A stretch of DNA of 63,689 nt, the filler included, from Cercozoa sp. M6MM (lineage: Eukaryota; Protista; Endomyxa: Ascetosporea): NCBI GenBank assembly GCA_040357565.1. It is 12 parts of 12 records of this genome, joined end to end, with 100 filler letters (N's around TTAATTAATTAA, not from the genome) between each part and the next. Parts side by side here need not be neighbours in the genome. Positions count along the whole stretch, not along the records: positions 24,354 to 26,701 come from JBDODJ010001794.1; positions 26,802 to 31,320 come from JBDODJ010001118.1; positions 31,421 to 45,701 come from JBDODJ010000335.1; 9 more parts are not named here. The stretch is one strand, 5' to 3'. Positions 26,651-40,484 of the stretch are shown here, piece by piece; within the stretch, counting starts at the first letter, position 1; each line of letters begins with the position of its first letter. Position numbers and translations under genes: made by a program. The notes beneath the pieces were generated by a model, which searched no databases, had not been told where the DNA came from, and was given only the letters and a program-made list of their open reading frames with translations.

Positions 26651-26801
26651 ACATACAACCAAGGCTAACGGGAGTGGGGGGCGGGGGGAGTGGGGGGGGG
26701 GNNNNNNNNNNNNNNNNNNNNNNNNNNNNNNNNNNNNNNNNNNNNTTAATTAATTAANNNNNNNNNNNNNNNNNNNNNNNNNNNNNNNNNNNNNNNNNNN
26801 N

Positions 26802-26851
<50 letters not shown>

Positions 26852-27132
26852 TGACAGGAGGGAATGCAGAACACATGTTTTGACAACGAGATCACGAAAG
26901 TGGAGGGTTGGCATCACCTACTGCACCTCGGTACTGTCGATTTTGCTGTGGTTTCTTTTCAGAGTCATGAGACACTGACACAGGCACACTGCACGCGTGT
27001 GCCAGACTGCGCGATCGACAGGGCGCACGTGCTCTCCTGGCAGTCAGTACGGACCAGGCATCGCTCGTGAACCAGCGCGACCGAGCGAACCAAACGCCGT
27101 TGCACTACGCTGTAATCAACGACGACGTCGTC

Positions 27133-28551
27133 ATGCTCGACTGTATTGCTCTCATCCTCTCTGTCTCTTTATTTCCTGTACCCCTCTTCCATGTGAGCAG
27201 TGCTAACTGATGCCGGTGCAGTCTACAAGACCGATGACACTCTGCTCGCTGGTGAGTGCTGTCTAGTCTTGCATCTTGTGCGTGAGATAAGGTATTGCCC
27301 TGTGTGTTTTGTGTCTACACAGCTGTGCGAAACGACAGTGCGGAGTGTCTGCGTCGCCTCGTTAGTCTCGGACACGACCTGCGAGCACGCGTTTCTGTAC
27401 CGCTGTTGACCCTTTCGTCCAGTCTGTCTTCTTTTACCCCCCTCCAGTGCGAGGAAGTGCAAGGAAACTTGCTGCACCTCGCGACGTTCCACGGATCGAT
27501 TCGCTGCATCTCAATGCTGCTGGATGGTAGCGGAGATCCAATTAGCTTCCCTCCACCCCTTATCCCTTCCTCCTACCCCACTGTTCTCTTTTGTGACAGC
27601 TTTGAACGTAAACTCGCGGTCCAACATGCACCAGACCCCGTTGTTCCACGCGGTGCGACAGGGCCACCTGGCCGTAGTGCGTTTCCTCATCTCGCGCGGC
27701 GCCTACGTCAACGCCAAGGATAGCAGTGAGCGGCGCGTGCTGCACTTTACCCGCAGCACCAAGATCGCTGAGTGTCTCGTGTCACATGGTGCCCGCTTGA
27801 TACACCAGAAGGTAAAATCCCGCTGTCATTGTGCTTCACACCTCCTTCTTTGCGACCTTAAGTATCTTGCTGCAAAAGGATAAGACATTGGTCGATATTG
27901 TGCGCTCACGGTTCGGCCCGCAGATTCTGGTATTGGCGTTTCTCCTTGCGCATGAGTCGTCGATCTCTAGTGGTGACACAAATAGACCAAGCTGCGCCAA
28001 GCCAAACGAGAATTCGCCGACCAAAAGGCTATCGAGTGCGCCGAGGTGCATGTAGGCTTGTTGTTTGAAGAAAAGAAAAAGAAGGTGAGGTCGATTCACA
28101 CAATGATCGTGCTCAGGTCAAGCCAAAAGCGCAATGGCAGAAGGACGAGAACGCCACCTCGTGTGCCGCCTGTTCTGTCAAGTACTATTGTCTTTTGCTA
28201 CTCCGGTGGCCTGGTATGATTGAAATCAAACGCAGGTTCCAACTGTCTACGAGGAAGCACCACTGCCGCGTGTGTGGTCAAGTCTGCTGCCAGAAATGCA
28301 CGCATCTGGTAGTAGTTTCCCTTGGCTGTGGCGCCTCCTGATCGCTGGGTATACCTATGCATTGGCGAGCAGAAAGTGCGCGTAGAAGGCAAGTCGAAGC
28401 GTTGCTGTGACGCGTGTTTCGTGCGAATTCGCTCAATGTAGGCGGACGTCGACTAGACCTGTCTGTAAAAGTATGTACTGTATCGAGAGAGCGAGAGGCA
28501 ACGAGACGACTCGACTCTAGCTCGCCGCTGTCCTGCACAAAACGCATCTAG
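27133..28551 (+). CDS. Ankyrin-repeat + FYVE zinc-finger protein
   Basis: Ankyrin TPLFHAVRQGHLAVVRFLISRGAYVNAKD. FYVE WQKDENATSCAAC..F..STRKHHCRVCGQVCCQKC...KRCCDACF. Confidence 0.85.
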
Positions 28552-28562
28552 GCCCTCATCCT

Positions 28563-28620
28563 GCGTGTTTTGGCTTATTGCCTAACTCTGAGACCTAACT
28601 ACTGACTCAGTGGCTTGTTG
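28563..28620 (+). repeat. Short copy of dispersed repeat family R1
   Basis: gcgtgttttggctt...ctctgagacctaactactgactcagt matches the reverse complement of 52140-52190. Confidence 0.6.
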
Positions 28621-28744
28621 TTTCGGATCTTTCCAAATCCTTTTGAAGTTCCCCAGGACATCTTTCCCAGTCAATGTATGTGTGCAGTAACAAACCAATC
28701 GAATCAAACGTTCCATCGGTTGAGTAACTTGAGTTTGGTTGACT

Positions 28745-28877
28745 ATTCCTCATCAGAGACGCCCTCGTCCGCGTCCACTGCGTCGCGATCGCTGCCGGCG
28801 ACAGGCGAGGGCAAACCGTCGCTGCTGCTGCGGGAGCGTTGCTCGTGCTGCCTCATGCTACGCACATTCCCCGTACA

Positions 28878-28927
<50 letters not shown>

Positions 28928-29145
28928 ACAGACACACAGACACACAGACACACAGACACACACGCATAATAAGTATACAAATATCCGTAGGAACATATGG
29001 ACAGGGATGGGTATGAGTGTATGGATAGGAATATAACAGTGGGTGTCAGTACTTGGCGTGCGTGACGCCACTTAAAAGCTCCCCGTCACCGCTGCTGATG
29101 CTGCTGTCGCTGTCGTTGTCGCTGTCGTTGTCGTTGTCGTTGTCG

Positions 29146-29191
<46 letters not shown>

Positions 29192-29201
29192 NNNNNNNNN
29201 N

Positions 29202-29247
<46 letters not shown>

Positions 29248-31270
29248 GATGTCGCCGATGTCGTCAATGTCGAGAGTGTCGTTGATCGCGTTGATGGTCC
29301 TGTCACCTTCCCTGTCACTGTCGTGGTGGATGGTGTCCTCCAGTGCGAGGTTCGTCTCTTGCTCCTCATCGCTGTCGCTATCGTTGTCGCTGTCGTCGTC
29401 GTTTGCGGTATCGATATCGGCGGCCTCCGAGACTCGCACCGTGATCAGCGTGTCGCTCTGGATGCCGCCGTCCCGTGCCACCAGCAGCACCTGTTGCGAC
29501 ACAGACAACAGGTGTATACAATAGGTGTATGTACCACACCTGTATGGGGGCACTTATGTCAGCGTACCACAGGAATGCCAAAAAAGTCGCACTGCACCAG
29601 CTCGCAACTGCCTGCTCGTAGGAATCATAACAAGGAGCACAACAAGGGAACATAACAGTGCAGCAATAGTGGCATCAAACAGTACCGTCTTTTTCGACTG
29701 GTATCGACACACCGCCCACCTTGACTGCATGCACTCACAGCACACCAGTCACAAAACACGAAACCCGCAACACAACAACTGAACCACAGCGAGGACTACC
29801 AGAGCCAAGTTGCACAACTGGTCCGGTCGCACCGTCGACCAAGTCACTGTCCATAAGACATGCACACTCCGAAGCAACACGACACAGCAGAAACTACACG
29901 GGATCGGAATCGGCAACAGCGACGATTTTGGCGGCGCCAAAGTCGCGCGCACTGTGCACCTGCGTCGACATTTCTGTGTGCACATACACGTGTCAGCATA
30001 CCCTTATCCTCTTGTTACCCCCCCCCCAGTAGAAACAAAGAAACGCACCGTCGTTATCGTCGCCGTCGTACTCGAGCTGCGCCTCGCGGGAGATTCGCAC
30101 CAACGGCTCCTGTTGCACAACAAAGAGTATGACTTTAGAAGGGCGCAGGGGCAGAAGAGTCACACACACCTCATCCTCGTAGGCAAGCGACGGCATCACC
30201 ATCAACGAAGCAGCATTGGCATCGATGTCGACATCCGCATAGATGTTGCTGGTGTCATCGTTGTCCACAGGCAGCAACTGCACGGCGCCTGCCTTTGCTC
30301 GCACTGTTCGCGTGTTCCGCACGAATGCCTGTACATTTGGTAAGGGATGCTTACAGGGAGATACGCGAGAAGGTAAATGGCAAACAACACAGGGCTACAG
30401 AAACAAACCTGAAAGCGCGAGTGGACTTCGTCCAAGTACTGAAAACTGCGTTCATCGAGAGCAGGGTCCGAACTCTCCGGTTTCGGCCCAAGTCGATTCC
30501 GACCGCGTGTCTTCAGAGGCGGCGCAATGCAACGCAGGAAGGACGCGAACCATCGTTCCTGGAGAGACACACATTAGAGGAAAGAAGGGTATTCACCCCA
30601 AAATATAGTAAGCGGGGGAGGGGGGTAGTCAACATGGGTACCACCAAGCGACAACGTTTTTCCCCGAAGCGCGATTCGCCGCCGAGGACGTCGCACATGG
30701 CCTGAACTGGAGGGTGAAGAAGGTCGACTGAAAATAAAGCTGGCACACCTTTCCAGCCGACTCGATCAGCGACCTGATAATTCCATCCTCATTCTTGCGC
30801 AGCACCTCGGCGCGTTTCCACCTGAGAAAACGAACTGAGACTTAGTCACAGGTTCCAACACACAAAGCAGTCTGAATCAAACCATGCGAGGGAATCCCCC
30901 GGTGCTTGCAGTCCTTGTATCAACATGCACAATGACAGCGCTCTCGCAAAATCTGATGGTGTAGCAATAATACAAGGGCGAGTGGATAAGAAGATAAACT
31001 GTACCAATGACTTCAATTGCTTCAGCTTTCGAATGTGGCTGTTTCGCGATCGGTGAGCGCTTATCTGCATACAGGCACAGGCACAGGCACATGCCCATGC
31101 GAAAACAAAGAAAGCTCTTTGTTATACCACGGATGGCGTCGAGGTCGGCGAAGCGTCGCCACAGCGACAGCACGGCGCCGATTTCGTCCCAATGTCTGTC
31201 CTCCAGTCCAAAGATGTCTGCCAGCTGGTTCACGTGCTCGAGCGATTTGAACGCGGCTGGTGGCTGACTC
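28745..31270 (-). CDS. Multi-exon hypothetical protein with Asp/Asn low-complexity C-terminus, 5'-partial
   Basis: Series of GT-AG-bounded GC-rich exons; (AAC)n and (GACAGC)n coding repeats near 29090-29250. Confidence 0.55.
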
Positions 31271-31271
31271 T

Positions 31272-31320
<49 letters not shown>

Positions 31321-31535
31321 NNNNNNNNNNNNNNNNNNNNNNNNNNNNNNNNNNNNNNNNNNNNTTAATTAATTAANNNNNNNNNNNNNNNNNNNNNNNN
31401 NNNNNNNNNNNNNNNNNNNNCACCCGATAACGCAAACATACAGGACAAGGTGACTTTTCAATGAACTCCCAACACGTGCTCGATTTCTGTAAACAACTGC
31501 ACGAATCAGAGAGAGAGAGAGAGAAAGGGAGATAA

Positions 31536-31597
<62 letters not shown>

Positions 31598-31631
31598 CCT
31601 CGGGTCCGATAATTGAGCTGTTGCGCGTGCA

Positions 31632-32386
31632 GGATGGGAATGTCCAGTCTGCACTTAAGCCAGCAGGACAAGGAAGATACTAACGAGAACGAAGACGAAG
31701 ACGAAGACGAAGACGGAGACGAAGAAGACGTGCCGTACATGCTTTCCGTGGCACAACTTTCACAGCAGATGTCCCGTACTTCCTCCTTTCTTCTTATGTT
31801 GTGAATTCTCTTATTCTCAAAATTCTCTTGTTCCTCGAGCAGTCAGAAACGACAGCGACAGTGACGAGGAGGAAACGCAGAGCGACAGCGAGCAAGAAAC
31901 GCGCCAGCATCAGCAGCAGCAGTCGGAGTTTATGACAGCGAACTGCGGCAGCCGCACCCTCGTGCCTGCTTTGGGTATATCACTTGCTCCTTTATCCTCA
32001 CTGTTCTCCTCACGCCTTAAACTGCCTTGTACAGGAATGAGCTGGGAACGCATGCCATTCCACCGCGTGCTGCTGCAGTTCGCACCGGATGATTTCTCTG
32101 GCATGTCACCCTGCCGCATCGCGTCTGTACGTTTCGCCCTTTACTCTGCCTTATTATTTATTTACCTCCGATCTATCTAACTTTGTTTCTTTGTTTCTTT
32201 TCCCTATTTATGCTTATATATTGTGTATGTATATATATATGTATATATATATTTTTATATATATGTATACTTTTGCAGAGGTACAGCACACGCCGAGCAG
32301 CGGCCTGGCAGATCACGCCACACGGTCTTCGCTCTCTCCAGGACGAAAGCAGCAAAGCACTCGTCTTGCAATTCACGCAGCAACAA

Positions 32387-32418
<32 letters not shown>

Positions 32419-32692
32419 ACAGAGGGGTGCCACACAAGGTGAGACTGACGACGAGAGTGAGCCTGATAGCGGAGATGCCAGTCGGATTGATTCGGACCAA
32501 GCAGGTGCCATACACAGTTCTGCTCTTGGTGATTCAGGGTGGAAATCGGACGGCAGCAATCTGGCCTCGTCTCCTGGTATTGAGCCTATCAACGTCAGCA
32601 ACAGCATCACGGACTCGGACATCTTGGAACGTCTTGGCCAACAGCCAGAGCCGTCGCAGCGCATCTTCCTCGGCAGTATCGACCTAACGTAG
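31632..32692 (+). CDS. Hypothetical protein with acidic and polyQ tracts, 5'-partial
   Basis: Spliced exons DEDEDEDGDEED...MSWERMPFHRVLLQFAPDDF...QQQQ...IFLGSIDLT*. Confidence 0.55.
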
Positions 32693-33263
32693 CGGAGCTT
32701 CTCTGCACTCCGACCTGAATGTGCGGTGGATCAAGCAATGCGACCAATACTTAATTCCGGGCGGTCGTATCGTACATGATAAATGGTGACGTGAGCCCGG
32801 CGCGAGCCCACGTGTGATGTACACGAAATGTCGTCTGAGTTTTTGTCCATCAAATACGATGCGAGAACAGTCAGTTAGCTACGCTAGTTCAGTCTACGGG
32901 GAAACCAACTCTGTCCCAGTTGGTGTGGGACACAAACGCATGGCCGTAGTCCACCGCCCACTGAGGGTGGGCCTTAAGACCAGTCAATGCGCACCAGTTT
33001 TACCGGAGTTGCATTGTTAGTTTACTACTAGTTTTCCGATATGTTTTTGTCGTGTAAGCAATGGTCATTTGTTTGAAGATTTTACACTACCAACTCGCTC
33101 GGCAGGTACGTTTCGACTGCACAGTCGTGCAAGTTAGTGGCAGTTACTCCCGCTCCGTTCTGCTCGCGCACCCAAAAGTCGGATTTAGTTGCCGCGCCAG
33201 TGGTTTGGTTCAGTTGTGCTTGGCAATCACGTCAGTTGCAACATACTTGGTCTGCCAGACACG

Positions 33264-35479
33264 TTACTTGGCACTTTGGTCATAATTGCCCAGAAGCGAG
33301 GCTCGAGCGGCCGGTCCCACAACACGTTGCTCGCGACCGAGCAACCCTGTCATGGAGCACTCCATTGACTGAACCCAAAAACACCAGGAACAAAAACGGG
33401 GTACAGGCGTAACTTGTGACAGCCAGGGCAGCGAGCAAATGCCTAAGCACAAGTAAATCTGTCTCAGAAAACAAACTCTCTGGGTCAAGGTTTACTTGAT
33501 TGCGTGTCCTCCGATCACTCCATTCGTGGCACTGCGCATGCTCACCAATTAAGCCAAGCCGAATGCTGGCTCGAAAAGACAAATAAAGAGGTACTCGAAA
33601 ATCTCGTTGTCCAGCAGTTCAGTTATTTTAGCCCCGCCGTACAACACTCTGCGCGCGCACACACACAGACATACACACGCGCGCGCACACACGTTGAAAT
33701 AAATCAAAGACAAAGAGGAGGTAAACAATACAAAGCAGCGATGGAGGCTGCGTCAGTCCTCGTGTAAATTACGTCGTTGCTTTCAATGTCTGGGCAGACG
33801 CAAAAGGTGCACACAGTAGCAAAGATGGCATCGAGTACCCAGAAAGGGAGGACTGGCTTTGCGTGCAAGCATCAGAACGGCGAGGATCGGCATCGGCAAG
33901 AACTGCACAAGTACGTACAGTCGCAAGTCGTCCACGAGCGCCCACACTGAGTAATATGGCAAGAGATACACAGTATGCATATTTCGTAAATACACGAGTA
34001 ACCCACCAACGACAGAGATGACGCCAACAACCAACAACAGCACCAGGGCGATCATCTAGGAAGATACAATACATGAAAGCTAAATGGCAAAAAGTCACAA
34101 CACAACGAAAGCTACGTGACGCAGTGGCGAGAAACGCGCGACACTGGTGTCACACGGCGGCTCAATCTGAAGACACAAACAGACTGAAATTCTGAAGATA
34201 CACAAGTGAAACACAAGGCTACATGCAGGGGCTCATCAAGCACACTGTCGGGCAAGTAGCTCACGTCGATGTCGTCGTTGAAAGAGGTGCGCCGCGAGGG
34301 CAACGATATCTAAATATCCAACGCATATAGTCGGTAGGTAATATACGACAAGGGTGAGCAGAAAGGTGATCATGAGGAGAAACGCACGCGACTCGACTGT
34401 CGTGGCTGCCGTCGCCAGAACAGTGTCGGCACGCGTTCGCTCAGCACGATAGCAAACAAACTGGGGGGGGGGGGGGAGGTAGGATAGAAAGCGACCCTAA
34501 GGGCATAGACTACCTCATGAAAGCAACAGTCATTGGGAGACGGTCCCAGCTGAGACAGATACCAAATGCACACACTCAGCCCTGCCTCCAGGCTTATGCG
34601 AAAGAGAGAGGGATACATATATATATATATATATATATAGTACACTAAACGGTCATCGTTCGGATCCCAATGGTAGTACGCCTAAGATGGCAAGGTGTCA
34701 GTGAGGATGATGCTGTAGAAGAATAGTTGGTACACTGCCAGGAGCAACAGCAAAGACGCCAAGGAAAAAGACGGCTACACAAACAAATGCACACATACAC
34801 ATAGCGAAGTAACACCACTAACATCACAGTACATGGTACCAAAACAGGCCTTCTCCGACCAGACACTCAGTGGTGCGTGCTGACCGTGCCACAACAAAGG
34901 CAGAGTAAACAGTACGGAGAAAGGAAGCAAAATTGACTGGTACACAGGGGTAGCCACCGACACGACACCAAACCACACGTGCAGCACCCAGGATGCCAAC
35001 CTGCACGGACACAAGTGACACACTATTGGAAGGTTGGTTGCATTAATTTACACTAGAGAAAGCAGTGTTACAACAGAGAAAGCGAGATTCGTCAACACAT
35101 CAGCACAGTTGTGCACCTACAGTAATCGGTACAGTATCGACACACACACAGACACATACACACATACACACATACACACATACACACAGAGGGTACCTCC
35201 TTTCCAAACACAAAGCAGCTGCGCTTGTCGGCAAAGTCGTGGTATTTTTGGTCCTGCCGAATTGCTGTGCACAAGGCCGATGATTGCAAATTGAGCTGCA
35301 CCCTTTGAAAGCAGCTCACGTTTGATGGTGGCGAAAGTAATGATCACGACGAGTACAACAACTGCCTGCACATACGGTCGCTTTTAGGCCAATAATGTGG
35401 CGAAGAAGTACTGTAAAGACTGGGGAACCACGAGGCCACGTGCGAGTGTCCCGTCTGAGAGACACCTTATTCGCCTCAT
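33264..35479 (-). CDS. Alkaline phytoceramidase-like (CREST family) 7-TM hydrolase
   Basis: Spliced motifs QDQKYHDFADKR, DVLTNLAF, YHWDPNDDRL, WDRLPM, FAIVLSERV, DDLRLYVLVQFLP, LYGGAKITELLDNEIF and GGHAIKHLLAA, all characteristic of the plant/bacterial aPHC family. Start codon approximate. Confidence 0.85.
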
Positions 35480-35722
35480 GTGCCTGCGTGACAAAGGACG
35501 ACTTAAACCGGTATTTGATAGCGTCCACTGCAATAAGTCAAGCTATGCACGACGCTGCGCACTTCTGGAGACACGATCGTGTCAAAAATGCCAAGCATGA
35601 CATGTCATCGCTCACTAAAAATGACCCAATGCTGTACAGTACTGTGCAGTACACAAAATCTGGGCCAGAATGCCACTACTTTACAAGACTGTATCTGAGT
35701 TGCAGGTCGGTGACGATCGTAA

Positions 35723-37642
35723 ATGGCAGCCCAGGAAGCGTCAAAAAGACCGCCGTGCAACACACTGGTACATATACCCTGCATAATTTCTTGGCCTGAT
35801 TGTTGACTGTCCTCCCAGGCTGCAGAGCACTGCTACCAAGCGTTCCGGAGGCACCCGAGAGCCACTGATGCGCTCGAACTTGTGAAACGTATGTCCTCCC
35901 TCCCTCCACTGGTTTCGACCTGTATTCGGCGTGTAATTTAGAGGTCGCCCTGGTGCCTTTGATTCCGATCCGACTGTTCATTCTACTCCTCGCAGGTGTC
36001 GATAGATTTCGATACGCGCGTTTGTTTTTGAGCCCGTTTGGTTCTTCTTTGTGCAGTGTGTCTTTACTGCGCGTGTAGCGGCTTTGCGCCGCCACGAGTG
36101 CTCCGTTTCTTTGCTCGGTACCAACAGGTGCTTCATTCACTTGAAGCGTGTCTCGCACCGTGTCAGTTGTGTGCAGGATCGTTTCTCTGGCTCTCGGCTT
36201 TTACGTAATATCACAACTTAGCTGTGACTCAGTTGAAGTGTGTCTGTTACACCCGTCGTTTGGGATATCGTGGCAGAAACTGCAAGTGCGTCTTTGCGAC
36301 AAAGATGGCAGTCTTGCCAAAAGGTATACTGACCCTCTTAACTGTCTTTGTATCGCCAGACTGGCCTCTCCTGAAACACAGTGCTTTCGTTGGAGTAAGT
36401 GGCCGATCTGCCTGCGAGATACTCGGAGTCAAGGAGGTACCTATACTTTGCACACGACGTACAAGGCACTGAGGAGAAGGTGCATGTGCATGTGGATTGG
36501 TGCAGAAGTATGGGGGTGTCGTGAGCGTGCATCGCTCGTGGTGCGACATTCCGTTGCTGTTGGCCTGCATGGACGTCGGCTTTGTGGCACGCGAGTCTGT
36601 CAGGCATGGTATCACTCGCCCGCCTACAGTCTACCTCTCTCCTCTTTCTCTCTCCCTGTGGGTGTCACTTCTTGGTGCATGCGCAGTGCCGATCGTGTCT
36701 AAGGGTTGCCGCGACATTGGGTAAGGCAAGCGGTCGTATGCTTCCCCGTGTCCTTCACCTCATCCTGTCGCTGTGGTTCAGCTGCGTCTTTGTGCAACGC
36801 GAGAACGGCTCGGGTGGAAATGCAGCACGCGTACGCTATTGTTGTGCCCTGGAGAGAGAGAGGAAGGTAACAAGAGGGGCTTAACACTCGCTATGTCATT
36901 GTAGATCACGAAACGACTTCGCGAGGCGATGGAAGATGGTACTAACACGCTTTCTGAGACGAGGAATAACGGTCTGGTATCTGACACGGGCACAGACAAG
37001 GTGCGTCCCCTGGCCGTGTTCGCCGAGGGCACCACGAGCAACGGAGACGGCTTTTTGCCGTTTCGTTCGGGTGCCTTTGTGGCCTCTGTTCCCTTGCTGC
37101 CTGCCACGGTACCTCGCTCTTTATGTGGTTGTGGCAGAACATATTTCTTTGCGTGTTCGCAGATTGAGTTCAAGTGGCGAAAATTCAACCCGTGCTGGGA
37201 GACGATTTCGTTCCTGTCGCAGTACCCTATCTATTTACCCCCCCCCCCAGCCCGGATCATTTATCCTTGACCAGCCTGTACGGCATTCTTACGCAAGTAC
37301 ACAACGAAGCCGTGATCACGCTGTACCCAGTGTAACATTGGCTCAACGCTGCACACAGGGAAGCTCTATACACACCAAATCTGCAGTGTCGAGAACGATA
37401 AGGATGCGAGTCCCAAGGAGGCTGCCAGTGCCCTGACCGAGAAAGTGGCTGCATGGACCAACTGGCCTGTGTTCAACGTCGGCTTGGCCCACAAGGTTTT
37501 CCCTCTCGATTGTCGGCGGGGGGGGGGGGGGGGCACAATCGTCTAACTGTGTCTACTCTTTGACTTGCAGCGTGTGTACCATCGTTGGCTGAGCGGCGAG
37601 TGCAGTGCTGACGACTTTGAGCACAATGTGGCTGCTCTTTGA
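35723..37642 (+). CDS. Lysophospholipid acyltransferase (LPCAT/LPEAT-like, PlsC family)
   Basis: HxxxxD motif (VHRSWCDIP), FVARESV, CVFVQRE, VFAEGTTSNGDGFLPFRSGAF, FNPCWETI, LYGILTQVHN, KRVYHRWLSG. Confidence 0.88.
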
Positions 37643-38041
37643 CCTGATATTGTAGGTGATTGTTGCCGCATGATCGAACGGGCTATTAATACGTTATCTA
37701 CAAATTGTACAATACAAGCACAGTCAAGGAAAAGCCACCTACTTGCCGCCACTAGCAGAGACTAAACTCACGCAGCCGGTGTGAATCGAGGTGGTATCAG
37801 CACCTAAACATTCCGACTGAGAGACCGTTTCCTTTCATTACCCGTGACAAAAAGTCAGCGCTGTGCGATCAATCACAAGCCAAAAGGAAAATCGTCTGCA
37901 CGCGACTCACAGCGACGCCCAACTTTGTTTTTTTTAGTCACCTGACCAATCTGGGACCACAGTGCACACTGTGACAGCCTGTGTCTAGTTCCTTCGATTG
38001 TGTGGGTGTTCTTTTGATTGTATTATTGTATTGACGACAAA

Positions 38042-40376
38042 ATGACTTCCGAGGTGAGTTGAGTGTGGGTATATTTCTTGAGGTGTGCTATGCGCATTTG
38101 TCCAGGTGGGATCCACTGTGGCAGAGCTGTTAAAGTCGGCGCCTGTGCCGCTGCAAAAGCGCTGGCGCGAGCGGAAGATCAAAGCTGTAAACTGCTCGAC
38201 CCCACGTTTATGAGTGTATTGATGTGCTGTGTGAAGGCCAAAAGCAAGAAGCATGAAGACTGGAATGCTGATGAGGCGCGGCTCATGAATGCCCTGGTAT
38301 CGATGTAATTTACAACAGTCTCTGGTATGTTTCACTGTTTCCATTTTTTATGTGACGTTTAGGTGCGTTGCACCCGCTCAAACTGTCCCAAGAAAGGAGG
38401 CAAGCAAGCAAAGTACGCGATTGAAGAGGTACCCATAGTTGTGTGAAGCTTCGTACTTAATGATGGGCACGTACGTTTTCGATTTGTGTCTGTGTAGTGG
38501 GCCTGCAGTCCTGCTGATCAGTTAGGTACTTTACATGCCTCCTCGAGTCTAGCGTCAGGGAAACGCGTTTCTTTGTGCAGCGGCGCGTCGCAAGTGGAAC
38601 CTTCTGCTGGGCAACGATACCCTGGCTGCCGACGATGAGCGCGAGTCTTCGCACGGAAACACAAGCGACGAGCACACGGACAGCTCGGATGGTGTGCACT
38701 TGTGTCTTGAAGGTGTGTACAACGATCGATAGGTATGCACTGCTGTCACAGAGGAAATCAACGACAGTGGATGGTTCGCAACGGCTGCTCGCACCTTGTT
38801 CAACAGGTACCAGTTTTTGTACCCTCTCCCCCTTTTGTGTTGCACGATGGGTGTTCTTGCAGCATGCCTCGCTTTGACAATGTCGCTGACGATCGTAACT
38901 TTTTGCTTTAGTCTCCTCGCCGATGCTAGGGAAGGAGTTCGATGTGTGTAGGCAAGCTGGTGTCGTGGAACCTGTTTGAACACACGGCCAAGCCGGGCGA
39001 TGTGCTGCTGTTCGCCGGTGTCGGCAACGTCGCCACGATTATTCGCACCGTGCAGCGCACGCGCTACTCGCATTGGTACCTCCCAGTTGTACCATCTTGT
39101 TTCTTCACCCTTCAACTCGTCTACCCTGCGTCGTTCTGAAATTTCACGCTCTCGTTGCAGTGGAATGTTAGTGCCTGACCCGCGCGACCCCTCGCGTCCG
39201 CCACTCGTGGTTGAAGCTGCATCGAACGGGTGCTCTTAGATCCTGTCCACTGTAGTTTTACTCACTTGCTCTCGCTCTGCAGTGTGCAACTGACGGAGCT
39301 GCATGCTCGTCTCAGCACACGCGACATCGACAACGACGGACGCATCGAGGAACCTGGGTACATTGTTTTTTTCATTTCTCTTTTCTCTCTTATCCCCCTT
39401 CCCCTGGCTGCAGACCAGTGGCTTGGTTGCGTTTGGGAACGGCCCTCGACGTAAATCAGGTGTGTTTTGCGTCCGTGTGTTCTGTCCATGCATGTATGTA
39501 GTTGCATGTGTATACAGCTCGCATTGCTCAATGCGGCTGTCTCGGAGGTGGCTCCCCATAACTGGGTACATTCTTACTCACCTGTGTTTGCCCCTCCCCC
39601 CTGCCTGTAAAGCTATGTGATAGCCTGACCACGCGCACACGGCTCTGCATTCCAAGGTGGGTTGTGTGTGCTGTTTTAAGAGTGCATTTTGGATCTTGTT
39701 TTGCTGACTGAGGTGTGCAGGCACGTCGTGCCACGAAGAAATACAAGTTTGATGCGTACGTTGTCTAGTGTCCTGGCTTTCTATACACGTCACCTTTCTC
39801 AATTGTGTAGTACGGACTGGTTCTTGCCCGGCAAGGATTGTACTTACAAAGACGAGCGTGAACGGCCTGTGGCAGGCATGGGACGGCATACGCCGTCTCG
39901 GTATGTGTTCTGTTTGCCTTCTTTTTCTCTCACTCCTGTGTTTTCCGTTGCTCTGCAGCTTCTTCTGTTCGATGTTGGTGGTGAGTTCTATCCATCTTTC
40001 TCTTTTTCTGTCTGTCTATCTGTCTATCTACTATCTGTCAGTAGACCGATGTGTTGTATTCCATATATCCCTCTTGCTGTGAGAGCAGGCCTGGCTTTAC
40101 CAAAAGTGCAACGTGTTTGCCCAATCTGACACCGGTACCTTTGGTTGTGTGCGTGTGTGGGTGTGTTTGTTTGCATTGATGTAAAAGCGTTGTGTCCTTT
40201 TTCCAGAACTCGCCGAGTACGAACCGTGCAACGCCTTGTATGTTTCCTTCTCTTTGTGTATGCAGTTTTCGGGGAATGTGCATACATGTGGGTGCAGTGC
40301 TCCGCGCGAATTCAGCACGTGCCAGGGCGAGCGTGAGGTGTCCAAGTTCGACGTGCGCACGTAGTTTTTTTAAAGC

Positions 40377-40424
<48 letters not shown>

Positions 40425-40434
40425 NNNNNNNNNN

Positions 40435-40484
<50 letters not shown>

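Noticed and set aside
32820-33000. RNase P/MRP RNA (minus-strand ACAAAAACTCAGAC resembles CR-V; small hairpins nearby)
   Set aside because: No matching CR-I/P4 partner (GAAnGTCTGAG) at a suitable distance.
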